From contig JBOEGD010000011.1 in assembly GCA_050633245.1 (NCBI GenBank), forward strand, positions 32,001 to 96,000: a stretch of 64,000 bases of DNA, written 5' to 3'. The translations under genes were made by a program, and so were the position numbers. This DNA is from Calditrichia bacterium (GTDB lineage Bacteria > Calditrichota > Calditrichia > RBG-13-44-9 > J075). The notes beneath the pieces are model-generated. The model was not told where the DNA came from and made no database searches. It saw only the letters and a list, made by a program, of their open reading frames with translations. Shown piece after piece: positions 10,796-19,977 of the stretch; position 1 is the stretch's first letter; each line of letters starts with the position of its first letter.

Positions 10796-10820
10796 TTTTC
10801 ACTTTTCACGTTTCACTTTT
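10796..10820. repeat. Intergenic heptamer tandem repeat (TTTTCAC) x ~3.5
   Basis: ttttcac-ttttcac-gtttcac-tttt. Confidence 0.6.
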
Positions 10821-10860
10821 AAAAACACAGAACTCAAAACTTCTTTAACCCGAGAAAGAA

Positions 10861-11214
10861 ATGAATAAACAAGCAAAAATATTTGTACCATTACTATTGG
10901 CGTTAAGCGCGTATGCCTTCTTTGCTTTATTTCTGAAGAAAGAAATCGGCGACTTTGACACTATTCGTTTGAGTGGTGAAATAAACCAGAGTGTCTATGT
11001 TTATGTAGCTCCGGGGAAGCCGTTTCAGCGCGATGGTCTGAACAGAATAACGTCGTTTTATGTGCAGGATAGAAATGGGGCCATTGCCCAGGTAAATCTG
11101 GATGAGCCGGCGCAAGAGGACATCGCAAACGCAGTGGTCGTCAAGGTCTTCGGACATATGCACGGAAGTACCTTCATTGGCAAACGCGCCGAAACGGCCC
11201 AGCTACGCGAATAA
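10861..11214 (+). CDS. Membrane-anchored CcmE-like OB-fold protein lacking the heme-binding tail
   Basis: N-terminal TM anchor. SFYVQDRNG...V.L..P..D...A..V.V.GHM.G..F resembles the CcmE core, but there is no terminal HxxxY/CxxxY. Confidence 0.45.
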   Translation: MNKQAKIFVPLLLALSAYAFFALFLKKEIGDFDTIRLSGEINQSVYVYVAPGKPFQRDGLNRITSFYVQDRNGAIAQVNLDEPAQEDIANAVVVKVFGHMHGSTFIGKRAETAQLRE

Positions 11215-11233
11215 CGCGCAGCCGGGTTAAAGT

Positions 11234-12880
11234 TTACTTCAATTGCAGTTCTTTTATCTCGTCATCCTTGCCGGTAAGTTGCCAGCGGATTAATGAGACA
11301 GGAATAAGTCCGGCGCTGTCTACTTCTTCATAGAAATCAGAAAGCTTGAATGTATCACCTAATTGATTGCTACGTTCAGACATCAATTGCTCAATCAGGT
11401 ATTTACCGGTGATATAACTAGTGCCATAGCCCGGCTGACGCAAATAAAGCAATTGCTCGAAACCGAGCAAATCTAAATCTTCCCGCATCCATCCGCGAGG
11501 CGTCCATTCTACGTGGAAGTCACGAGCTTCTTTCATTGTTTTTATGTTCGCATGAGCATAGAGAGAACCCAATCCCCGTGCTGCGCGCTGTGCTAACATG
11601 ATCCAAACAATCTCTCGAACTCTCGGGTTATCATCATAAAGTCCTGTATGCATCATCATTTCTTCGATGCCGGTTGCCAGACCTTCCGCACGACTGTCCC
11701 AGATATTATAGAGTAATGCCTTGCGACGAATCGGACTCTCATGTGGATTCTCTTCCATCCGCGCAAGATCCCACCAGTGATAGAAGTGTGTGTTAAGTGT
11801 ATTCGTATCGAAATGCATTGCCATTCGGAAGAAGTTACGTTTGTTCTCTTCAACAAATCGGCCGGTGTGCTCAGCAAGAACGGGGCCCATATAGTCTCGC
11901 ATAATCAAAACGTCTTTTTTCTCGAGAAAAGCCAAATATCTTTCAATGGCTTCTTTAGCCATGCGATCGTATTCTTCCGGTGTGGAAGCGGCAATCAATG
12001 GTGGTAAATGAGAGTTACGCTGCTCTTCCAAACAGAGCGAAGCATGTGCTCTGGCAAGTTCTCTTTCTAACAACGAAACTTCTTCTTCCCATGAAAGTGG
12101 GACCAAGTGAACATGGCGTAACTGCCAGGTATAATGGTCTTTGCCGATACCGGAAGGCCCGGTTTTATTTGCAGACTCTTTTTCAAGCCATTTAACGAAG
12201 TTATCTGTTGCTCCTATGGCCTTTCTTATGGCTTTCTTGAAATTACGGCTGGTCTTTTTAGTCTTGTCTTTCAAGGATTCCAGATTCTCGGACTGCTCCT
12301 TAAGATTGCCGATCCCGCCGATCCACAGCTCGCGAGCATTGCCGATCAGGTTGATTTTGGCCTGATCTAAAAATGGAGGAATTGATTCGAGTTCTTTACG
12401 CAGCTCTTTCTCGCTGCTCTTTGACAGCGGGAAATCATACTGCCAAAGTTCAATTGCCGCGTGGTTAGTTGGCCCTTCATGTGCAGGCGTATCGCTTTGA
12501 TATGTCCAGATTGAGGTGTAAAAGGCGGGATCGCGCACCCATGGTTTTAAAACCCGGATGTTAAAATCCATGCCGTTCATCTCGGCTTGCACTATCTGGT
12601 AGTCGACCTGTTCGGGAATGCTCCATCCGCCTGCATCAATTGCCGCCAATCGCTTCTGCATTTTTTTTAGTTCAATATGACGTCTTGCAAAGGTTTCGGC
12701 GCGGTAGTCTGGTACGCCGTTAACAAGGGGAGGTGTCTCAAAATTTCTCCACTCCTCGAAAAGTGAAAGCAAAGTGGCGTAATCGTTCTTTTCTGGACTT
12801 TTAACTTCATTAGCAGTGACTAAAAGAAATCCGAAAAGTAGCGTAGCTACGATAAAATAACGTAATACGGTTAACATCAT
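11234..12880 (-). CDS. DUF885 family exported protein (putative metallopeptidase)
   Basis: Signal peptide, RAEGLATGIEEMM (EGW-like motif), YLRQPGYGTSYITGK. Confidence 0.7.
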   Translation of the reverse strand: MMLTVLRYFIVATLLFGFLLVTANEVKSPEKNDYATLLSLFEEWRNFETPPLVNGVPDYRAETFARRHIELKKMQKRLAAIDAGGWSIPEQVDYQIVQAEMNGMDFNIRVLKPWVRDPAFYTSIWTYQSDTPAHEGPTNHAAIELWQYDFPLSKSSEKELRKELESIPPFLDQAKINLIGNARELWIGGIGNLKEQSENLESLKDKTKKTSRNFKKAIRKAIGATDNFVKWLEKESANKTGPSGIGKDHYTWQLRHVHLVPLSWEEEVSLLERELARAHASLCLEEQRNSHLPPLIAASTPEEYDRMAKEAIERYLAFLEKKDVLIMRDYMGPVLAEHTGRFVEENKRNFFRMAMHFDTNTLNTHFYHWWDLARMEENPHESPIRRKALLYNIWDSRAEGLATGIEEMMMHTGLYDDNPRVREIVWIMLAQRAARGLGSLYAHANIKTMKEARDFHVEWTPRGWMREDLDLLGFEQLLYLRQPGYGTSYITGKYLIEQLMSERSNQLGDTFKLSDFYEEVDSAGLIPVSLIRWQLTGKDDEIKELQLK

Positions 12881-13092
12881 AATAGGTTCCTGGTGCTATA
12901 GATTGACGGTTAATTAAACGAAGCTTTTTGTACTAATGTATATTGCTAAATATACCGGCATTTATTTAATTTGACAATCTCTGAGCAAGTTATAGTTTTA
13001 AGTCTGTTTGCTTATTTATTAAACTGTTTTGCAATCACTTTGCCGATGTAGGACGAGGGGATAACATGTTCCATTAAACCCGGTGAGTTGCC

Positions 13093-15213
13093 ATGAAAAA
13101 CATTTTTGTCGTTTTATTTATTATGCTGATTCCCTGTTTGTTGTTCTCGCAGGTTAGTCAATTCATACATGTCGATCAATTTGGTTATCGCACCAATGCC
13201 GAGAAAGTTGCGGTATTGAGTGACCCGCAAGTTGGTTTTAACTCAAGTCTTTCATATTCACCGCCCGCAACACTTCAGATTCGTGACAATAGCAGTGGTG
13301 CCGTTATATTTTCCGGACCCGTGCAAAGTTGGAATAGCGGAAATATACACGACCAGTCTGGTGATCGTGGCTGGTGGTTCGACTTCAGCTCGCTCACTGC
13401 TGATGGTGATTACTATGTTTACGATCCGCAAAATCAGGAACGATCTGCGGTCTTTGCTATTAATGCCAATCCCTATGCCGAAGTCATGAGGACAGCCGGT
13501 CGTATGTTTTATTACAATCGCTGTAATATGGCAAAATCATCTCCTTTCGCAGAATCTAACTGGACGGATGGAAACAACTTCCTAAACCCGCTCCAGGATG
13601 CTAACACGCGATATATATTTGATCCTTCCAATAGCTCGTTGGAAAAAGATCTTTCAGGAGGTTGGTTCGATGCAGGAGACTATAATAAATATGTAACCTT
13701 TGCCTATTCTGCCGTGCACGATCTGTTGGCAGCTTATGAGGAAAACCCTCAGGCGTTTTCCGATAGCTGGAACATTCCCGAAAGCGGAAACGGAATCGCC
13801 GATGTTATTGATGAGGTAAAGTGGGAGCTGGACTGGCTGCTAAAGATGACCAACGCCGATGGTAGTGTTCATATAAAAATGGGCAGTCAGAACTATAGCG
13901 AGAATATTTCGAATCCACCAAGTGCCAATACGGACCCGCGTTTTTATGGTCCAACCTGCACATCAGCTTCTGCAGCAGTCGCGTCCATGTTTGCTCGAGC
14001 CGCAGGAATACTCTCGGGCATACCTTCTCTTACCAGTTATGCGCAGACGCTTCGTACACGTGCTGAATTATGTTTTGCTTACACGATTCCATTTTATAAC
14101 TCCGGGAATTTGGATTTTGCTTGTGATAATGGCGAAATCATAGCGGGTGATGCCGATGTGGATGCAACAGGGCAATTAAATATGTTGATAACGGCTGCGA
14201 TTTATTTATACGAGCAAACCGGAGACGATTCATATAATCAGTTCGTTGTTTCTAATTATGCACAAACAGAGCCAATAGCGACCGGCTTCTGGGGCGTCTA
14301 TAGCATTGAACTTCAAGAAGCATTAATTTCTTATGCGCGCTCCGGTAGTGGTGATCCTGCGGTTTCATCAACCATTCTGAATTCTGCAAACACCGAAGTT
14401 TCAAATAACTTTAATGACTACTTTGGCTGGACAGAAGCAGATCTTTATCGCGCATTTATTCCCGGGTGGTCGAACCACTGGGGAAGTAACAAGCCCAAAG
14501 CCGGTTATGGCATTATGAACAATTACTTTGCGGGTGAAGGAATTGGAAACGCTTCGTCTATGACGCGCAAGGCTGCCGAACAACTACATTACTTCCACGG
14601 CGTTAATCCAATTGGAACTGTCTATTTGTCCAATATGTACTCTGTTGGAGCCGAGCGAAGCGCCAATGAAATCTATCATTCTTGGTTTGCCGATGGCTCG
14701 GATTATGATAACGCACTTACATCTCCATTAGGTCCAGCACCGGGATTCGTGTCGGGAGGCGTTAATAATAACTTTAGCATTAGCTCGCTGTCGCCGCCGT
14801 TTGGTCAGCCTGACCAAAAAAGCTACCTCGATTTTAACACAGGCTTCCCCGACAATAGTTGGGAGATTACTGAACCTGCGATTTACTATCAGGCCGCTTA
14901 TGTGCGCTTGCTGGCTAACTATGTCTCTACCGGTGTGTTAACCGGTATTGAGGATAAACCTCGGCTAAATCAGACCGATGCAACGATATCTGCTTTTCCC
15001 AATCCGGTTAAAGATTTGTTAAATCTTAGTGGAATTGCGGAAGGCAGTGAAATTCGGATTCTGAACATTACCGGTCAAACAGTTATGAGAATAAAGCGCT
15101 TTAGTACGGCACAGCCTGTTGATGTTTCCAGCCTGTCAGCTGGCGTGTATCTTATCAAGATAACCACTTCGGAAAACAGTAAAGCCAGCGTGGTGCGGAT
15201 TATAAAGCTGTAA
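13093..15213 (+). CDS. Glycoside hydrolase family 9 with N-terminal Ig-like domain and T9SS type-A C-terminal sorting domain
   Basis: IHVDQFGY, DLSGGWFDAGDYNKY, catalytic EPAIYYQA; C-terminal FPNPVKD...LSAGVYLIKI. Confidence 0.9.
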   Translation: MKNIFVVLFIMLIPCLLFSQVSQFIHVDQFGYRTNAEKVAVLSDPQVGFNSSLSYSPPATLQIRDNSSGAVIFSGPVQSWNSGNIHDQSGDRGWWFDFSSLTADGDYYVYDPQNQERSAVFAINANPYAEVMRTAGRMFYYNRCNMAKSSPFAESNWTDGNNFLNPLQDANTRYIFDPSNSSLEKDLSGGWFDAGDYNKYVTFAYSAVHDLLAAYEENPQAFSDSWNIPESGNGIADVIDEVKWELDWLLKMTNADGSVHIKMGSQNYSENISNPPSANTDPRFYGPTCTSASAAVASMFARAAGILSGIPSLTSYAQTLRTRAELCFAYTIPFYNSGNLDFACDNGEIIAGDADVDATGQLNMLITAAIYLYEQTGDDSYNQFVVSNYAQTEPIATGFWGVYSIELQEALISYARSGSGDPAVSSTILNSANTEVSNNFNDYFGWTEADLYRAFIPGWSNHWGSNKPKAGYGIMNNYFAGEGIGNASSMTRKAAEQLHYFHGVNPIGTVYLSNMYSVGAERSANEIYHSWFADGSDYDNALTSPLGPAPGFVSGGVNNNFSISSLSPPFGQPDQKSYLDFNTGFPDNSWEITEPAIYYQAAYVRLLANYVSTGVLTGIEDKPRLNQTDATISAFPNPVKDLLNLSGIAEGSEIRILNITGQTVMRIKRFSTAQPVDVSSLSAGVYLIKITTSENSKASVVRIIKL

Positions 15214-15509
15214 TTCTCAGGATTGATGCGACTTTGAAAGGCATCCACCGTTGCTTTACCACGGGTGCTTTTTATGTTTTGCTCGGGAATATTTCCCATT
15301 ATATTCTTCTGTTGCAGGAGCTACATTTTTGTCACTCCCGTCCTCTTGGCTTCTCCCGGACGGTGCGGTATATGCTCAAGAACGAGCGGAACACTCCCTG
15401 AAGGAAGTTGGAGAGAAGAATACAGTGCAACTGCTCAAAGCCAGACACCACTTTTAATACGGGATTGGGGCTGTTGGTCATTAGTAATGATAAAGCGAAA
15501 GGGTTGGGA

Positions 15510-16043
15510 ATGGAAAAAGGTTTGTTGGAAAAGACCGGAAAGTCACTTGAGCACTGGGTGAAAATTGTGCGGGCTGCGAAAATTGAAAAGCATGGTGAAA
15601 TTATTAAATTTCTGAAAAACGAACATGAGTTTACGCATGGATTTGCAAACTTTGTTGCGCACATGGCTCGCGAATCTGCTGCTTCACATTTTGATGGGAA
15701 CGATTTGATTACCGCGCAATATGATGGTGCCAAGGCACATCTGAAGCCAATTTATGATCTGCTGCTAAGCAAAATACTGAAATTTGGTACTGATATTGAA
15801 GTCGTTCCGAAAAAGGCCAGCGTTAGCTTGCGACGTAAAAAACAGTTTGCGCTCATTCAACCTTCTACAAAAACAAGAATAGACCTTGGGTTGAAAATTA
15901 AAGGTAAGGAACCCGCCGGCAGACTCGAAACATCAGGTCCGTTTGGCTCCATGTGTACTCACCGTGTTCAGCTTACGGATTCTTCGCAGGTCGATGCAGA
16001 CGTCATCAACTGGTTGAAAGAGGCATATGAGGGAGCAGGCTAG
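15510..16043 (+). CDS. DUF4287/DUF5655 domain protein
   Basis: EKTGKSLEHW...KHGEIIKFLK.EH.FTHGFAN; C-terminal SLRRKKQFA...THRV...WLKEAY. The start was moved to ATG 15510. Confidence 0.8.
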   Translation: MEKGLLEKTGKSLEHWVKIVRAAKIEKHGEIIKFLKNEHEFTHGFANFVAHMARESAASHFDGNDLITAQYDGAKAHLKPIYDLLLSKILKFGTDIEVVPKKASVSLRRKKQFALIQPSTKTRIDLGLKIKGKEPAGRLETSGPFGSMCTHRVQLTDSSQVDADVINWLKEAYEGAG

Positions 16044-16065
16044 TACTGTGGAATCAACGGACATT

Positions 16066-16662
16066 ATGCCGCTTCGCGAGAAGCTAAAGCTGGGCTTTTG
16101 GCTGACGCTATGGCTTGCCGTACCGTATTATTTACTTCAGCATGTTGAGCTGCGACAGGTACAGGTTATTCCGAAGACATATCTAGACAGTCTGATTTCT
16201 TTTGAACCGCTATCGGTTTGGCCATATCTTTCGATTTATATTTACATGCCGATTGTCGGTTGGCTTATTCTGCCGGGAGGCGATTACCTGCGCTGGTGCA
16301 AAGGGCTTGCTTGGATTGGTTTGATTTCCCATCTGGCTTTTTTGTTATGGCCAACAGGGATTGATCGTCAGGTGTTGGCATCCTCTTTCGCCCATGAGAT
16401 GGTGCTGAATGCAGATAAAACCCGCAATGCCTGCCCATCGCTGCATGCCTCGATGACTATCTTCTGCATGATTTTCGTATTCTACTTGGATGGCAATCGG
16501 TCTAATCTGTTGCAGATTGGATTTGCGTTGTGGGGACTACTCATTTTGTGGTCTACCATGGCACTGGAACAGCACGTCTTTATTGATATTGCTGTCGGTG
16601 GTATGGTAGGAATTGTAATTGCTTATTTTATGCTTGAAAGAAACCCTAACAAAAATCTCTGA
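16066..16662 (+). CDS. PAP2-superfamily membrane phosphotransferase/phosphatase (AUR1/IPC-synthase-like)
   Basis: Several TM segments; NACPSLH and QHVFIDIAVG catalytic motifs. The upstream in-frame ATG at 16027 overlaps the previous gene. Confidence 0.75.
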   Translation: MPLREKLKLGFWLTLWLAVPYYLLQHVELRQVQVIPKTYLDSLISFEPLSVWPYLSIYIYMPIVGWLILPGGDYLRWCKGLAWIGLISHLAFLLWPTGIDRQVLASSFAHEMVLNADKTRNACPSLHASMTIFCMIFVFYLDGNRSNLLQIGFALWGLLILWSTMALEQHVFIDIAVGGMVGIVIAYFMLERNPNKNL

Positions 16663-16870
16663 TCGCTTATAGGCCGTTCTGCTGATCGATAATCAAACGC
16701 CATTCTTGCTCTGCATCGTTTTTCCCGCCTGGGGAGAGTTTGGCTGTCTTCTTTTGTATGGAAATGTATTCATTCTGATCGTTTTGAACGTGAAGGTTGG
16801 GTAGTTCGGTGCTATGTATTACATTGAAGTAACGCACACCCAAAAATGTCAGCAAAACGTTGAGGTCCTT

Positions 16871-17854
16871 ATGAATTCAACTCATTATGACGCCGATCAG
16901 CATCCGTTAACCCATCAGGATGTTCGCCGGGAAATATCACGCGGTATTGAAGATGAAATTGCTGCCCTTCGTGGTTTTAGTATTAGAAAACGTTTACTCG
17001 AAATCGGTTTTTTTGTACTGATGATGTCAATAGGAATAGCTGTGGTCATTTATTCGCGTGGTCTGTTGCCAGACACTGCCGGTTATGTCGGGTGGTTTGC
17101 CGGAACCGTCTTAGCTGCGCTGGCTATCAATGCTTTGGTGCTATTGATGCATGAAGGTATGCACAATATCCTTTTCCGTAACCCACAGGCAAATCGCTGG
17201 ACATCCTTTGCTCTTGGAACAACATTCCTGATGTCTTTTACTGCCTACAAGGTTCTGCATATCCGTCATCACGATCATCTTGGAGGTCCGGGTGATTTGG
17301 ATGATTACCACAATTACTCAGACTCAGATATTATTGTTTGGTCGCTGCATTATATGCGTTTGTTTATCGGCTCCTTCTTATATATTCTGCTTATTCCAAG
17401 ATTTGCCTATAAATATGGTAGTAAGATTGAACGTCAGCACATTGTGGTAGAATATCTATTGCTTTTCATTTTTTACTCTGCACTATTGTGGATTATTCCA
17501 GGTGATATTCTGTTCTGGGCCTGGTTTGTACCACTGGTAATTGTTGGCTATATGATTAATATTCGCGGCTTCACCCAGCACGGAATAACCGATGCGCATG
17601 ATCCCTATCTTGCGAGCAGATCCATTTATCCCAATAGACTCATTTCGTTTTTGTTATTGAATGAAAACTTACACCTTGAGCATCATTTGTTCCCGGAAAT
17701 CCCCAGCTATCACCTGCCGGAATTGAATCGCCTTATTGGACCACGTTTACCGCGCAAGGTCGTTGGGAAATCCTATCTGGGCTTCTTGTTTACTTTCTTT
17801 CGCAGAACGCTGCGATTGGATGAAAGCGTTATTGGATTGGAGAAAAAGGATTGA
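16871..17854 (+). CDS. Membrane fatty-acid desaturase superfamily di-iron enzyme
   Basis: Three His boxes HEGMH, HIRHH and HLEHHLFP plus QH; TM segments; GAGG SD before ATG 16871. Confidence 0.88.
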   Translation: MNSTHYDADQHPLTHQDVRREISRGIEDEIAALRGFSIRKRLLEIGFFVLMMSIGIAVVIYSRGLLPDTAGYVGWFAGTVLAALAINALVLLMHEGMHNILFRNPQANRWTSFALGTTFLMSFTAYKVLHIRHHDHLGGPGDLDDYHNYSDSDIIVWSLHYMRLFIGSFLYILLIPRFAYKYGSKIERQHIVVEYLLLFIFYSALLWIIPGDILFWAWFVPLVIVGYMINIRGFTQHGITDAHDPYLASRSIYPNRLISFLLLNENLHLEHHLFPEIPSYHLPELNRLIGPRLPRKVVGKSYLGFLFTFFRRTLRLDESVIGLEKKD

Positions 17855-19011
17855 GCAACATATATGATTTGTTGGTGATTGGCTCGGGCCCGGCTGGTGC
17901 AACCACTGCAAGATGTGCTGCAAAAAATGGGCTGAGAGTATTGTTGGTTGATAAAAAACAAGAATTGGGTGCTCCCATTCAGTGCTCTGGTGCTGTTAGT
18001 GCACATGCTCTGCTTGATGTTGATGTCCACCCAGATGATGAGTTTGTAGTGACACCGATTTTTGGATTTATCGTCTACGATGAGTCCGGGAAAAAAGTAG
18101 AGCTCGACTATCGTGAGCTTAAGCCCGATCCTTACCAAAATCAGCCGCTCGGTTATGTGGTAGATCGCCGCAGATTTGATCGCGCTCTAACCGGGATGGC
18201 ACAGCGAGCCGGGGTAGAGTGCTGGCTAAAAACAGAGGCCATCGGCTACCAGCGCTTGAGTAACGATTTGGTAGAAGTACAGCTGAAGCGATTAGGCAAG
18301 GAAGTGAGCGTTCAGGCAAAGGTTATTGTCGGAGCAGATGGCCTGCAATCTCAGGTAGGAAAATGGGCTGGACTGTCTACCCACATTAAATTAAGTGAGT
18401 TGGCTTCCTGCCTGCAGTATGTGGTAGACAGAGTCGAGACGCATGAATTGTTGGAAATTATCGCCGGACATGAATGGGCACCCGGTGGATATGCCTGGGT
18501 GTTTCCAAAGCATGACGGGATGTCTGAGCTTGGGCTTGGTGTGATTCGAACAATGACGGACAAGGATGCGAACTACTATTTGAAAAAGTTCATCGAATCT
18601 TCCTTTATGGCCGATCGGTTCAGCGATCTACGAATTTTGGAAATTCAGGGTGGTGGAGTGCCACTGGCCGCACCGCTGAAAACACAGTATGCTGACAATA
18701 TGATTTTAGTCGGTGACTCCGCCAGGCATGTTAATCCGATAACCGGTGGCGGAATTCATACCGCACTGCGCTGTGGTGCTATTGCGGGACGGTTCCTGGC
18801 TGAACTTCTAAAGTCTGGCGCGACGCCAAATGCTGAATCACTTGCGGGGTATCAGGAACGTTGGTCTGCCGAAATTGGAGATGCGATGTGGAGGCTGTAT
18901 CGCCGCAAGCGAGAGATCTTTACAGAGCGTGATATTGTGAAGCGAAATGCGATGCTCTTCGAAACGCTAGCGCACTATTTTAGTCCGGAATCTGAATATC
19001 GAAAGATTTAG
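17851..19011 (+). CDS. Geranylgeranyl reductase family FAD oxidoreductase (resembles digeranylgeranylglycerophospholipid reductase)
   Basis: GSGPAG Rossmann motif, ELGAPIQC, DRRRFD, GADG, PGGYAWVFP, VGDSARHVNPITGGGI. The TTG start overlaps the desaturase TGA. Confidence 0.88.
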   Translation: MSNIYDLLVIGSGPAGATTARCAAKNGLRVLLVDKKQELGAPIQCSGAVSAHALLDVDVHPDDEFVVTPIFGFIVYDESGKKVELDYRELKPDPYQNQPLGYVVDRRRFDRALTGMAQRAGVECWLKTEAIGYQRLSNDLVEVQLKRLGKEVSVQAKVIVGADGLQSQVGKWAGLSTHIKLSELASCLQYVVDRVETHELLEIIAGHEWAPGGYAWVFPKHDGMSELGLGVIRTMTDKDANYYLKKFIESSFMADRFSDLRILEIQGGGVPLAAPLKTQYADNMILVGDSARHVNPITGGGIHTALRCGAIAGRFLAELLKSGATPNAESLAGYQERWSAEIGDAMWRLYRRKREIFTERDIVKRNAMLFETLAHYFSPESEYRKI

Positions 19012-19029
19012 CAAAGACCTTTTTGTTGA

Positions 19030-19257
19030 TTGAAAGAATTGAGGTTGCCATTGGCAAAGAAAGAGCCGATTTCATTTACTATAAATTGGAATGCTTGTAT
19101 CAAATGCGGTGCCTGTGTCGCGGTGTGCCCTCTTGATGCCGGGTTTATTAGTGCATTCGACACTATTGCAGTAAATACCCCATGTGAGATAGCCTGTCTG
19201 GCCTGTGAACGTGTATGCCCGGTTACTGCGATCGAACATGAAACCGTTATTCACTAG
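19030..19257 (+). CDS. 2x[4Fe-4S] ferredoxin
   Basis: CIKCGACVAVCP and CEIACLACERVCP. The exact TTG start is uncertain. Confidence 0.88.
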   Translation: MKELRLPLAKKEPISFTINWNACIKCGACVAVCPLDAGFISAFDTIAVNTPCEIACLACERVCPVTAIEHETVIH

Positions 19258-19299
19258 GTCGCCTGCATTGAGAACTCCTAGTGGTCACGTCCGTCATGC

Positions 19300-19363
19300 C
19301 CGTCACGTGGGTCCTAGCCGTTGCGTGGACCCTCGTCGTTGCGTGGGTCATGACCCACGTTAC
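19300..19363. repeat. REP-like palindrome with degenerate tandem half-copies
   Basis: Perfect 18-bp palindrome CGTGGGTCATGACCCACG (19342-19359) preceded by CGTCACGTGGGTCC and CGTTGCGTGGACCC. Confidence 0.55.
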
Positions 19364-19400
19364 ACGTCTATTGTGAGGAGTTGGCTACAGCGATAATTTT

Positions 19401-19422
19401 GATTCCCGATTCCCGATTCCCG
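19401..19422. repeat. Heptamer tandem repeat (GATTCCC) x3
   Basis: Directly abuts the stop codon of 19423..19977. Confidence 0.75.
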
Positions 19423-19977
19423 CTATTTGACCAGCAACATTTTCTTCGTCTCAACGAAACCGTCGGCCTGTATCCGATAAAAATACAGACCGGCGGCGAG
19501 GCCTCTTGCTTCAAACTTAATATCATACTTACCTGCGGCCAACTTTTCATCTACCAGCGTGCCTACTTCCTGGCCTAACACGTTATAAATACTTAAACGT
19601 ACTGTTGCCGCTTTTGGAACAGTAAATACAATAGTCGTGCTTGGGTTGAACGGGTTCGGATAATTTTGTTTTAGCTCGAAGGTCTCCGGAGTCTGTAGAT
19701 CTTCTTCAATTCCTGTCATAATATCACGCGAAATTTGATACCAAAAACCATGTCCGAGGGAGAAGGTACTGTCGGCACTCTTGCTGATAAACGCCTGCCC
19801 GATGGTTCCGTCGAGGAAATTTGCGTTTTCGGATGTCAGTCCTTCACCGACCGAATCAGTTGCCTGGGTGTAGCCACTGCCGATTACGCTGCGATCAATC
19901 CTGAGCTGGGCGGTCAGGATTGACGGGAATATTACTATTATCAGGAGGGTTGCAATCGTTCTATTGAGGGCGGCCAT
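19423..19977 (-). CDS. Small exported protein: short N-domain plus T9SS-like type-A sorting domain (fibre partner, copy 2)
   Basis: Signal peptide, SVIGSGY...GTIGQ...GFWYQ, then LKQNYPNPFNPSTTI...GLYFYRI...TKKMLLVK; TAATG overlap with the upstream gene. Confidence 0.85.
   Translation of the reverse strand: MAALNRTIATLLIIVIFPSILTAQLRIDRSVIGSGYTQATDSVGEGLTSENANFLDGTIGQAFISKSADSTFSLGHGFWYQISRDIMTGIEEDLQTPETFELKQNYPNPFNPSTTIVFTVPKAATVRLSIYNVLGQEVGTLVDEKLAAGKYDIKFEARGLAAGLYFYRIQADGFVETKKMLLVK

Noticed and set aside
15251-15457. Possible remnant of a secreted-protein gene (...AVYAQE...)
   Set aside because: No convincing start or SD and no recognisable family; cannot be supported.
16871-19257. 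Calling the operon a complete archaeal ether-lipid pathway
   Set aside because: No GGGP synthase, DGGGP synthase or G1P dehydrogenase in the window; a GGR-family gene alone is not diagnostic.
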